In this document: piece after piece, positions 1 to 9,012 of the stretch
Position numbering within the stretch: position 1 is the first letter of the stretch
How the letters are laid out: each line of letters opens with the position of its first letter
The notes under the pieces: model-generated
The model's input: the letters and a program-made list of their open reading frames with translations, nothing else
Databases searched by the model: none
Told to the model about the DNA's origin: nothing
Program-made: the position numbers and the translations under genes
Origin: an uncultured Acidobacteriota bacterium
GTDB taxonomy: Bacteria; Acidobacteriota; Thermoanaerobaculia; Multivoradales; JAHEKO01
Assembly (NCBI GenBank): GCA_963713825.1
Contig: CAVQNG010000036.1
Coordinates: forward strand, 1-14,461
Length of the DNA: 14,461 nucleotides
Direction of reading: 5' to 3'

Positions 1-1169
1 TTCGTCAGTTGGGGCAGCTCATCGAGACTGGTTACGCCTCAAGAACGACCCAGCTTGGTGATGCGTGGATCGTTCTCGATCTTGAAGACCGGTCCACTGG
101 CCTCGTTGAGATACTCCAGATCTGCCTGCTTGGCCTCGGCATTGGTCACCATGGTCCGGAACTTGTATAGAGGAAACCGCCGCTTGCCGAGACCGATTCT
201 CTCCTGAACGAACAAAGTAGGGCCCTTCGAGCCGAGCTTGATCGCAAGACAGATCGCCAGGAAGACCGGTGCCAGGAGCACCATGACAACTCCGGATATG
301 ATGATATCGAGAGTCCTCTTGACGGCCATGGACCCGCCATCCATTCGGCCTGTGGTCAACGTGATGAAAGGCTGGTCGTCGAAAGTCTCGACTCTGGCGC
401 TAGCCACCTTGACGTTGAAGAAATCAGATAGGAGACGAACGGTGATGCCTTGTTGCTCGCAGGCACGAACCACCTGCTCCGAGTCGAAATAGCACGACGG
501 TGCCGGCAACCCTAAAACCACCTCGTCGACGACGCTGGCCCTCAGATAGGCTTCAAAGTCATCCAGAGAGCAGACCAGCTTCTCTCCCTTGGTGGCGAGT
601 GCCTCGAGCCCGTGCCAGGGCTTGTCGGCGAAACCGAGAACCACCATTCCAGCTTCCGGATGCGCACGAAGACGTTCGGCGAAGTCCATGGTTCGAGAGT
701 TGGTGCCGACGATCAGGACATTGCGCAGGTTTCGCCCCTTGCGCCGCACCGATTCGAGCACTCCACGCAGCATCAACCTCGACAGCAGTGTGAGGCCAGT
801 ACTGAGGACCCAGAAGACCACCACAAACTTGGTAGTGATGATCTGGATGTCGAACAGAATGCCAGCGTTGAAGATGGCAACCGTGCCGATTGTTGTCGCT
901 TTCAGGACGTCCAACGCCTCCTGACCGAAGGTCTGAAGGCGGTGGGAGCGATACAACCCGAGCCACGAGAGCACGAGGTGCCACAAGAGCAGGAAACCAA
1001 GAAACAGGATGATGTTCGAGAGCTTCAGCCGAACGGCAAGCAGCCTGCCGAAAGAAATACCTTCAGGTTGGAGAATTGCCAGCCAGACCGACAAGCCGAA
1101 GGCCAGAACCATCAGAGCGAGATCTGTGGCCTTCCAGAATGCGAAGATGATTTGCCGTCGGATCCTCAT
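1..1169 (-). CDS. Priming polyprenyl-phosphate sugar-1-phosphate transferase (WcaJ/WbaP/EpsE-type), 3' end outside the window
   Basis: Four N-terminal hydrophobic segments, a Rossmann-like 'VLIVGT' domain and C-terminal Bac_transf motifs (KRTLDI, FVQERIG, YKFRTM, DPRITKLG). The TGA at 41-39 is followed in frame by TSLDELPQL. Two compensating 1-nt corrections restore the consensus GRFLRRTSLDELPQL, so the gene continues past position 1. Confidence 0.9.
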
Positions 1170-1324
1170 CTAGCGGATACCCGTACCTGGCCGCCTAGCC
1201 TCCCTCTGGGCTGCCTATGTTCGAATTGATACTGCATCGGTGGCTACCAGTCAATCATCTTGACCACAGGCTATGGCTGTTCAGGGGCTAGATCCCGCAG
1301 TACCACTGCACCGACCGTGCCGGA

Positions 1325-1486
1325 TTAGATCTGGCTGCCCACTCTGCTTCGTCGGGACGAAGGCGAGCGAGCGGACCTCCGGGGTGCCGTGATGAAGCCC
1401 TGGTAGGTCTCGATCCCGAACTCCTCCTGCACGTACTCCGAAAGAGCTCGGTTCAACTCGAGCCCCATGACCTCGATTGCTGCCAT
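1325..1486 (-). pseudogene. 53-codon ORF resembling an internal fragment of a class I SAM-dependent methyltransferase
   Basis: Hand translation gives MAAIEVMGLELNRALSEYVQEEFGIETYQGFITAPRRSARSPSSRRSRVGSQI. The ATG abuts the TAG of the upstream gene. 'EVMGLELN...Y....FGI..YQG' resembles the beta2/acidic SAM-binding segment of Methyltransf_23-like proteins, but there is no motif I. Confidence 0.35.
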
Positions 1487-2476
1487 CTAAGTCTCTTCTC
1501 GACCCGGAGTCTCTCTCACCGCTTGGCGGGCTTCGGAGGAACCGAGATAGAGCACGACCCCAAATGCAAGGGTTGCCACCTGCCCCAATCGGAACCCCAG
1601 CATCATAAGCAGGGCGTAGGAGGCCGGAGCCCCGATGAAGGAGAAGAGCGCCTCGAGGGTGACCTCAGCCACTCCGAGGCCACCCGGCGTCAGCGGAATC
1701 CCGGTGCTCAACAGGCCGAATGGAATGGCGACGAGATAGGAGGCCAACGGCGGCACATCAGGCCAAAGCGACAGACCGCCGAGGATGAGCGAGCCGACGA
1801 AGAGCGCCTGGATAACGACACTCAGCAGCAGTGCGGCAACGACGGCACCCTTGGTCTGCTGAAACGAAGCAGCTGCGTGGACCAGAGCAGCCAGTGGGGG
1901 GCCGAGCTTCGGAATCCGCCGAATCCTAGATGCCAGGTTCTCGAGTGGCCAACGCCAGAGGAGAAAAACAGCTAGAGCCGCCAGAGCGAGACCCAGAAGC
2001 CCGAGATTCCAGCGAGCCAGCGCGACCAGAGGCTCGCTTTCCCGAATCGACCCCCACCAGAAGATGGCGATCAGACCGGTCAGGACCAGCAGACCGAGCA
2101 GGCCCACGATGCGATGGACCACGATCGTCGAGACTGCGATCGGGCGCTGGTGGCTCCCTGGCGATGAGCGCGGCCTTCACCAGGTCGCCTCCCACCGCAC
2201 CCGGTATCAGGAAGTTGAAAAAGGTGCCGATCAGGCCGAGGCGCAGCGCATCGAAGATCGTGAACGGCAGCCCCTGGGCCTTGACGAGGTAGTACAGCGA
2301 AGGAAGGAGAGCAATGTTCCGACCACGGTCAGGAGAATCGCCCCGATCATCCACGGCCACAAGACCTCCAACTCGCCGAGCAGAGCGAGGTCGTCCCGCA
2401 GCATCCAGAGCAAGCCTGCCAGTAAGGCCGCGGCGAGGCCCAGGGCAAGGATGCTCGCTCGAGATCGACGTTCCAT
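1487..2476 (-). CDS. Lysylphosphatidylglycerol-synthase-TM (UPF0104/YbhN-like) membrane protein, putative flippase; about 2 frameshifts
   Basis: Three frame pieces join into one polytopic protein: MERRSRASILALGL..LLSFLR / YYLVKAQGLPF..FFNFLIPGAVGGDLVK / TIVVHRIVGLLGL..IPLTPGGLGVAE..FR. The GGD and P.tPGGlGv.E motifs are family hallmarks. Frame changes fall near 2295 and 2150. Confidence 0.85.
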
Positions 2477-2557
2477 GGCGACGGTATGGTAGACCACTTT
2501 CGCACTTTCGTCTTCGACATGGGCTCAACGGGATATAGCTATGGGTTACTGATTCGC

Positions 2558-2586
2558 TTGTGGAGCGAATGTCGAAACCTTAAACT
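2558..2586 (+). promoter_or_regulatory. Candidate sigma70-type promoter for the oxidoreductase-GT2-GT-C operon
   Basis: TTGTGG-N17-TAAACT in the divergent intergenic region, about 80 nt before the ATG at 2669. Pattern match only. Confidence 0.25.
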
Positions 2587-2668
2587 CACGCCGACTCATG
2601 CTTCCAAGCGCCTGATGTTCGGACCTCGAGAGTACCTAACCAGTCACTGACACGATCTACCTCCTGCC

Positions 2669-3992
2669 ATGCGAGTCGACATTATCGGAGCGGGCATCTC
2701 CGGTCTGGCGACGGCCTACCACCTTGTAAGGCAGCGGCCAGACCTGGAGCTTCACGTCTGGGAAAAGGATGCTGGCCCTGGTGGCCTCGCAGGCTGCTTC
2801 AGCACCGAGGGCTTCCACGGTCGAGAAGTTCTACCACCACATCTTCAAGGGCGACACTCACCTGATCGGACTGTTCTCGCCGAGCTCGGCCTGAGCGACG
2901 ACCTGATGTGGCGGCCCGCCAACACCGGGAGCTACTACTTCCAGCAGGCCTACCGGCTGTCCTCTCCAATCGACATCCTCAAGTTCCAGCCGCTGGCCTT
3001 TCATCGACAGGATTCGGCTGGGACTGATGGTGGTCCATGCGAGAACGGTTCGCGACTGGCGCAAGCTGGATGCGATCTCGGCCGAGGAGTACATTCGCAG
3101 GACAGCAGGCTCCAAGGTTTTTGAAGTCCTCTGGCAACCTCTCCCTGCACGGCAAGTTCGGCGACCTGAGTGGCGACATCTCGGCCGCCTGGCTGTGGTC
3201 GAAGCTCGTCGAACAGAGGTGGCTCCCGGGATCGGAAGGGGCACGAGGTCCTGGGCTACCTGCGTGGCGGCCTCGGTCGGATGTTCGACCGGCTAATGGA
3301 AGAAATCGAAAAAGCCGGAGCCACGGTGCACCTGTCGAGCGGTGTCGAGGCCATGGAGACGGAGGGAGACCGAATCGCCTCGATCGTCACGCGAGAGGGC
3401 ACGTTCCCGACCGACCTCGTCGTCTCTGGAGCACAGCTGCCGGACCTTCACAAACTCCTACCGGCGAGCACAGAAGCTTTGGCGAACCAACTCTCAAGGA
3501 TCGAATTTCTCGGCAACGTGTGCCTGGTGCTAGTGCTGCCCAGGCAGCTTTCGCAGTTCTATTGGACGAACGTGATGGACCCCGACGCTCCCTTCGTGGG
3601 GATCATCGAGCAGACCAACTGGGTCGACCCCGCAGACTTGAACCGCAAGCGCCTGGTCTACATCTCGGCCTACTGCCCAGCCACCGACGAGCGCTTCGGG
3701 ATGGAGGCCAACGAGTTTCTCGAGTTCTACTTGCCGTGGATTCAGAAACTGTTTCCGAGCTTCTCCTCCAAAGAGGTCGAGAGAGCGCTCGTCTGGAAGG
3801 CCGACTACGCCCAGGCGGTTGTGACTACGGGCTATTCCGCCCTTGTGCCGGAGATACGGACCCCCCGCCAATCTGCTACTCTGCACCATGGCCCAGATCT
3901 TCCCTCAGGACCGCCAGGTTTCGAACGGCGTTAAGCTCGCCAAGCAGACCGCTCGAATCGCGGCGGACTACCTCCAGGAGAAGGGCACGTGA
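2669..3992 (+). CDS. NAD(P)/FAD-dependent oxidoreductase (protoporphyrinogen-oxidase/amine-oxidase fold, PRK07233-like); about 6 frameshifts
   Basis: N-terminal IIGAGISGL..A dinucleotide motif and EK...GGLA. Shifted frames give EKFYHHIF, GKFG...ISAAWLW, LGYLRGG, YWTNVMDPDAPFVGIIEQTN and a C-terminal MAQIFPQDR...EKGT*. The TGA at 3990-3992 overlaps the next GTG. Frame changes fall near 2816, 2873, 3000, 3143, 3211 and 3865. Confidence 0.85.
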
Positions 3993-4941
3993 TCTCACTC
4001 GTCATCCCGGTCTTCAACGAAGAGGAGAACCTGCCACTGCTGTGGCGACGGATAGAGGAGTCGGCAGCAAACCTGTGGGAGGGCGAGGATTTCGAGGTCC
4101 TCTTCGTCGACGATGGGTCGAGGGACCGCTCCGTCGCGATCCTACCAGTCTGGCTACTGAACATCCGGAGATCCGGGTTGTGAAACTGTCTCGCAACTTC
4201 GGGACAAGGCGGCCCTGTCGGCTGGCCTTCATCATGCCCGTGGTGATGCCGTGGTGTTGATGGACGCCGACTTGCAGGACCCGCCGGAGCTAGTGGCGGA
4301 GTTCCTCGAGAAGTGGCGCCAGGGCTGGCATGTAGCGTACGCGGTCCGCAAGGCCCGCAAAGAGGTATTCTGGAAGCGGTGGAGCTACCTGCTCTTCTAC
4401 AGAATACTGAGAGGCTTGAGCAGCGTGGAGATCCCGGCTGACTCTGGCGACTTCTGTCTGATGGACCGGAGAGTCGTGCAGGTCATCAAGGACGAGATGC
4501 CGGAGCAGGCCCGATTCCTGAGGGGCTTACGAGCCTACGCGGGGTTCCGGCAGATCGGAGTGCCCTACGATCGCCCCGAGCGGGCCGGAGGGGAGGCGAA
4601 ATACTCCCTTAGTGACCTGGTGCAGCTCGCCGTCTCCGGTGTGGTCGGCTTCTCCTTCGTGCCCTTGAAGAATAGCCACCTGGGTCGGTTTCCTGGTCGC
4701 CGTGCCGTCCTTCTTTGTCGGCATCTTGTTTGTTTTGCACCGCATTTTCGACTTCCCGATACTCGGCCGCTACGCCACCGAGACCCCTGGACTCGCGACC
4801 CTGGTCGTCGGGCAGTTCTTCCTCGGTGGCGTGATCCTCATCATGCTGGGGATCCTGGGCGAGTACATCGGCCGAATCTACCTCGAGGTCAAGAAGCGCC
4901 CCAGCTTCATCGTAGACCGGATCATCGGTGACGACGAGTGA
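3989..4941 (+). CDS. GT2 polyprenyl-phosphate glycosyltransferase (GtrB/ArnC/DPM1-like) with two C-terminal TM helices; about 3 frameshifts
   Basis: Motifs SLVIPVFNEEENL, VDDGSRD, LSRNFG, MDADLQDPPE, GDFCLMDRRVV, RFLRGL and LGILGEYIGRIYLEVKKRP. GTGA overlaps at both ends. Frame changes fall near 4143, 4203 and 4668. Confidence 0.92.
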
Positions 4942-6503
4942 CCGGAGCCGTCGCAAGCGACCGGAATCAAGCCAGGCTCTATTGGACCCTGGCGGTCCTG
5001 CTTCTTTTCGGCGGCATCTTCTTTCGCTTCTACGACCTCACGGGACAGAGCCTGTGGTATGACGAAGGAGTCTCGCTGGAGTTCAGTGACGGCGACTCCC
5101 CCGGGTTGGTCGTCGAGAAGCTCGGCACGACCCTCACCAGTGAGCGCTACCAACCGCTGTACTTCCTACTTCTCTACTTCTGGCGGCAGCTCTGCGGCTC
5201 CTCCGAGTGGGCCCTGAGGTCTCTCTCGGCCATTCTCGGGATCTTGGTCTTGCTGGTCTCCGTCCCGGTCGTCCGGTCCTGTCTCGACGGCAGGCAGCGT
5301 CCAGCGGCAATAGGCTTCATGGCCCTGAGCAGCTTCGCAATCTACTACAGCCAGGAAGTCCGGCCTTACAGCCTGCTGATCCTCGTCTGCGTCTTCCACT
5401 GGCTGCTGATCGGCAAGAGCCTCGAATATTCGCAAACCCGTGGTCGAACGGGAGCGCTGCTGCTTCCGACTGCCATCGTGAGCCTCTTGGGAGGATTGAC
5501 CAGTCTGTTCTTTACCTTCCACGTTGCTTCTACCGGTGGGGCCTGGCTGCTGACTCGCGGAAAGAGACCACGGGAATGGAGCTTCTGGATCGTATCTGCT
5601 CTCGCCCTCATCCCGAGCCTCGCGTTTTTTGCATTGGCAGGCACTGATGGCGGTGGTGACAGTGCTGTGGTCAGCCGCACGGAGAACTCGATCCTCGCCA
5701 ATGCAGCTTTCTCCCTATACGGTCTTCTCGTGGGAACGACCTATGGCCCTCCGGTGGCCGAGCTACGACTCGGAGCCTGGGGAGCCGCTCTGCAACAGAG
5801 CTGGGCGAGTCTGCTCGTGTTTGGCATCGTCTGCGTCGGGCTCGTCTTCTCGACGGTCCTTGCTCTAAAAGAGGATACTTCGAATACAGCTGATGGAAAC
5901 CGACTGAGATTCGATTACATCCTGAAAGCGCTGGGCCTGGGAGTTCTGGTTCTCCTGGTGTTCGCCTACCTGACCAAATTGAACTGGCTGCCGCGCCACT
6001 CGACGGTACTCCTGCCTCCCCTCGCAATGGCCCTTGGCTATCTTGTTCCTGCACTCGAGTCGCGAAGCGTGATGCGAGAGAGAATCCGTACAGGGTCGGT
6101 CGTCGCACTGCTGGCCCTCAACCTCGTCTCCCTGTACCACTACTACAATGACGAGGCTCATCGACGCGGTGACTATCGAGGGGTCGCCAAGTTCTTGCGC
6201 GAAGAGCAGCCCGTACCGGTTGTTCTCCTTCTCGGCAGTCCCACCTTGCTCGAGTACTACGGCGCGCCTTCACATCTAGACGTTCGGTGGGAGATTGACC
6301 AAGAAAAGGTACTGTCGATCGACAACTATGTCGGCCCTGCCGGCATCTTCCTGGTCGTCATTAATCGCGAGGATTTGCTGCCCGGAGGTCTGCCTGGTGC
6401 AAAGGAGCTCCTAAGTCCGATTGCCAACTACCTCGACAGCCGAGATTTTTCAGGATTCAAAATAGCGAGATTCACTGAGACGTTCCATGATTCCGACAGG
6501 TGA
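4938..6503 (+). CDS. GT-C fold integral membrane glycosyltransferase (PMT_2/ArnT-like, GT39/GT83-related)
   Basis: Intact 521-aa ORF. TM1 is followed by SLWYDE (acidic pair in the first outer loop), then PLYFLLL, ALRSLS and YYSQEVRPYSL, many hydrophobic segments and a soluble C-terminal domain (DYRGVAKFL). Translationally coupled to the GT2. Confidence 0.85.
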   Translation: MTGAVASDRNQARLYWTLAVLLLFGGIFFRFYDLTGQSLWYDEGVSLEFSDGDSPGLVVEKLGTTLTSERYQPLYFLLLYFWRQLCGSSEWALRSLSAILGILVLLVSVPVVRSCLDGRQRPAAIGFMALSSFAIYYSQEVRPYSLLILVCVFHWLLIGKSLEYSQTRGRTGALLLPTAIVSLLGGLTSLFFTFHVASTGGAWLLTRGKRPREWSFWIVSALALIPSLAFFALAGTDGGGDSAVVSRTENSILANAAFSLYGLLVGTTYGPPVAELRLGAWGAALQQSWASLLVFGIVCVGLVFSTVLALKEDTSNTADGNRLRFDYILKALGLGVLVLLVFAYLTKLNWLPRHSTVLLPPLAMALGYLVPALESRSVMRERIRTGSVVALLALNLVSLYHYYNDEAHRRGDYRGVAKFLREEQPVPVVLLLGSPTLLEYYGAPSHLDVRWEIDQEKVLSIDNYVGPAGIFLVVINREDLLPGGLPGAKELLSPIANYLDSRDFSGFKIARFTETFHDSDR

Positions 6504-6529
6504 CTCTCGAGCGCTCGAACTGAATCCCG

Positions 6530-8641
6530 TCATTCGATGTAGCCGAGCGCTCGAAGCGCCTCCATCGCTTCTTCCTCTTCACTGACCGTTTCCTGCTCGA
6601 CGCTTGAGTTCTGAACTTGAGTCGCTTCGGTGAAATTATCCAGGAGCAACCTCAGCGAATCCAGTCCAATGTCTGGGTTCTCGGCGAGGTTGTTCATCTC
6701 AAGTGGATCCACCTTCAGATTGTAGATTTCTTCCGAGCCGAGTTGATCCCGGTTACGAATGATCTTCAGGTCATCGACACGCGCTGTCTCCAATAGCTTC
6801 ACCTCTCCGAAGTAGGCGACTTTTGATTCGAAGTCGTTCTCGAGCGAAACGTCAGACACGAGGCTGCGCCCCGAGATTGAGTCCGGAATTTGCACGCCGA
6901 TGAGGTCCAGTATCGTAGGCATCAGGTCGATGAGCCCGACCGGGGCGTCCACGAACCTACCTGGATTCTCCAGACCAGGCCATCCCATGATTAGAGGCAC
7001 CCGGAGCACCTCCTGGTAAAGCGTTCTACCATGGGTCTTCCCGCCATGATCGAGAAACTCCTCTCCATGGTCGGAGGTCACGACGACGATGGCATCCTCG
7101 AGAAGCCCCAACTCTTCGAGTCCTGCGAACAAACGTCCAATCTGGTCATCCACGAAGAGGATCTCGCCATCGTAAAGGTCGACGTTGTCCGCGACCCACT
7201 CCTTATCCGATTCCAGATGCACCGATTCCGTTGCCGCCACACCGGGAAAGCGGACAGCAGACTCCCGCTGATGGCTGAACGCTTCATCGAAGGGAGGTGG
7301 AGGGGAGTAGGGGTCATGAGGATCGATGTAGTGGACATACAAGAAGAGGGACTGGGCGTCACGATTTCGAGCGGCCATCTTCAGGGCGATCTCCGTGATG
7401 CCGTCACCAGGAGGAAGCGCACCGACCCTTTCTCCAAAGGCCTTCTCAGCAACCCAGGTCGTCGCGTCCCGAATCGACAATCGGACAGACTTTCCGACTT
7501 CAGACCGGGGTTCACGAGCGTGGACCTCATCGGAAGTCTGGCCTACCCCAGCTGTCCTCTCTGAAGGGAGAAGGCCTAGCTGATCCCTTCTTTCGGCCGC
7601 CCGAAGGCGGTTCGAAAGCTGCCTGGCCACCCGACCAAGGCTCGTGAAACGAAATGGGCTGATGGTTTCCGGTGAATGGAAGTCCATGAAGCCCTGAGTA
7701 AATCCGAATGTCGGCGCAATCAACGGATTGGCCGTGACGCCCAGCGTGGCATAGCCGGCATCTCTCAGGACTTCCGCCAATGTCACTACAGAGCCAGATA
7801 AGAAATCCTGGTTACCCTTCGCCCGGTGCGCAGAGGGATGCAACGAAGTGAATAGCGACGCCACGGAGGGCTTTGTCCAAGTCGACGAGGCGAGCGCCTG
7901 AGAAAAAACCACTCCCGACTCGGCAAGTCTCTCCAGGTAGGGGCTCGTCTTCCTCGAGTAGCCATACAGTGACAGGTGGTCCGCCCGCAGGGTATCCACC
8001 AACACAAAGATGACGTGAGGTTTTCGCTGCTTCGATTGAGTCTCTGGTGTCACCGAATCAGCCTCCGAAGTCAGGAGCCTCGGAGGCAACACCAGCATCG
8101 CGATCACGAAGGCGGGCAACGCGAAACCGAGGAAGGGGCGCAAAGCTCTGGCCCTTCGAGGAACTGAGTCGATGCGACGCTCAAATCCCGCCATGGCGAT
8201 GGAGGCAATAGTGGCTACAGCTATGGAAGCCAAACTGGCCCCAACGAAGACAGTCACAACCCCGAGCGAGCCCATGTTCCGTGGAACCACCAACACTATC
8301 CGCACGGCAAGAAGTGCCAGCACCGCCAGGCCCAACAAGACCGCGAAGGTAGTGACCCGGACTCCCTTTGCTGGCCTACCTCTCTTGCATCTGATCCACT
8401 CGATCACAAGTGCACAGCCGGCTGCTATAAGCCCGGTCAGTAGACCCAGCACGATATGCGGATAGACGATGTGTCTATAGGCCAGAGGTAGGCTTCCAGA
8501 ATAGGAATCGCCAGACTTCAGGAAGACGAAGGCAAACTCCGCGAGGCCGGCAAGACATCCAAGGAAAGCTCCGGCGAAAGCTCCCCAGATGAAGCCTGCG
8601 AGTGTTCTGGTCGCATTCATACCTGACGATTCTTCATTCAA
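6530..8641 (-). CDS. Membrane-anchored sulfatase-like hydrolase/transferase (alkaline phosphatase superfamily)
   Basis: Intact 703-aa ORF (TTG start, alternative ATG at 8620) with about 5 N-terminal TM segments. Motifs VLVDTLRADH, WTKPSVASLFTSLHP, HYIDPHDPY, YDGEI, TSDHGEEF, HGRTLYQE and a C-terminal LRALGY. Confidence 0.88.
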   Translation of the reverse strand: MNEESSGMNATRTLAGFIWGAFAGAFLGCLAGLAEFAFVFLKSGDSYSGSLPLAYRHIVYPHIVLGLLTGLIAAGCALVIEWIRCKRGRPAKGVRVTTFAVLLGLAVLALLAVRIVLVVPRNMGSLGVVTVFVGASLASIAVATIASIAMAGFERRIDSVPRRARALRPFLGFALPAFVIAMLVLPPRLLTSEADSVTPETQSKQRKPHVIFVLVDTLRADHLSLYGYSRKTSPYLERLAESGVVFSQALASSTWTKPSVASLFTSLHPSAHRAKGNQDFLSGSVVTLAEVLRDAGYATLGVTANPLIAPTFGFTQGFMDFHSPETISPFRFTSLGRVARQLSNRLRAAERRDQLGLLPSERTAGVGQTSDEVHAREPRSEVGKSVRLSIRDATTWVAEKAFGERVGALPPGDGITEIALKMAARNRDAQSLFLYVHYIDPHDPYSPPPPFDEAFSHQRESAVRFPGVAATESVHLESDKEWVADNVDLYDGEILFVDDQIGRLFAGLEELGLLEDAIVVVTSDHGEEFLDHGGKTHGRTLYQEVLRVPLIMGWPGLENPGRFVDAPVGLIDLMPTILDLIGVQIPDSISGRSLVSDVSLENDFESKVAYFGEVKLLETARVDDLKIIRNRDQLGSEEIYNLKVDPLEMNNLAENPDIGLDSLRLLLDNFTEATQVQNSSVEQETVSEEEEAMEALRALGYIE

Positions 8642-8935
8642 GCCAGTTTCCCCGTTGGTTCAGCGAAGTTGGATGAAGTCACCGCAGGAGGTCGCAATAA
8701 TCTCTCGTCTCGGCTGCCAACTTTGGGAGTAAGAACGGTCGAAGTCTAGCAGTGATACACACCGACAGCGAAGACACTCTGGACTGTCGACTGCGCAGCA
8801 TTCTAACGACTCACACCCTGCCCGGAATCGATCTCTAGCGCATAGAAACTTCAGCCCAAATCGTATATCCCAAGACCCCCACGAGTAGACTACAATACCG
8901 TGCCGTTATCCGGTTCGCATTGGGAAACAGAATCG

Positions 8936-8963
8936 TGAGGCATCCCCCAAAAGTTGGACCGGG
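8936..8963 (+). repeat. IS3-like terminal inverted repeat, outer left
   Basis: TGAGGCATCCCCCAAAAGTTGGACCGGG matches the reverse complement of 11466-11493 at 26/28 positions and starts with TG as IS3-family ends do. Confidence 0.8.
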
Positions 8964-9012
8964 TGTCTGCGAGAATTTCTCACAACTGACCTGCCCCCAG
9001 ACCCTGTACCAC

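Noticed and set aside
39-41. Selenocysteine or TGA=Trp recoding
   Set aside because: The residues around the TGA only match the family consensus after indel repair, and TGA serves as a normal coupled stop elsewhere in the window.
238-1229. Several plus-strand ORFs opposite the sugar transferase, with similar ones opposite other genes
   Set aside because: Antisense shadows expected in GC-rich coding DNA, with no recognisable motifs.
2638-2667. Minus-strand AGGAGG followed by a 5-codon GTG minigene (MSVTG) upstream of the flippase-like gene
   Set aside because: Too short to distinguish from chance, with no attenuator structure evident.
3037-4260. 407-aa plus-strand ORF
   Set aside because: An Arg/Pro-rich chimera of shifted frames. 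Only short pieces (HGKFGD..WLWSKL, SLATEHPEIRVVKLSRNFG) belong to the real oxidoreductase and GT2.
6507-6556. 12-bp palindrome TCGAGCGCTCGA between convergent stops, nearly repeated at 6545
   Set aside because: No loop or U-tract, and TCGA-type words are visibly common throughout this sequence, so chance is sufficient.
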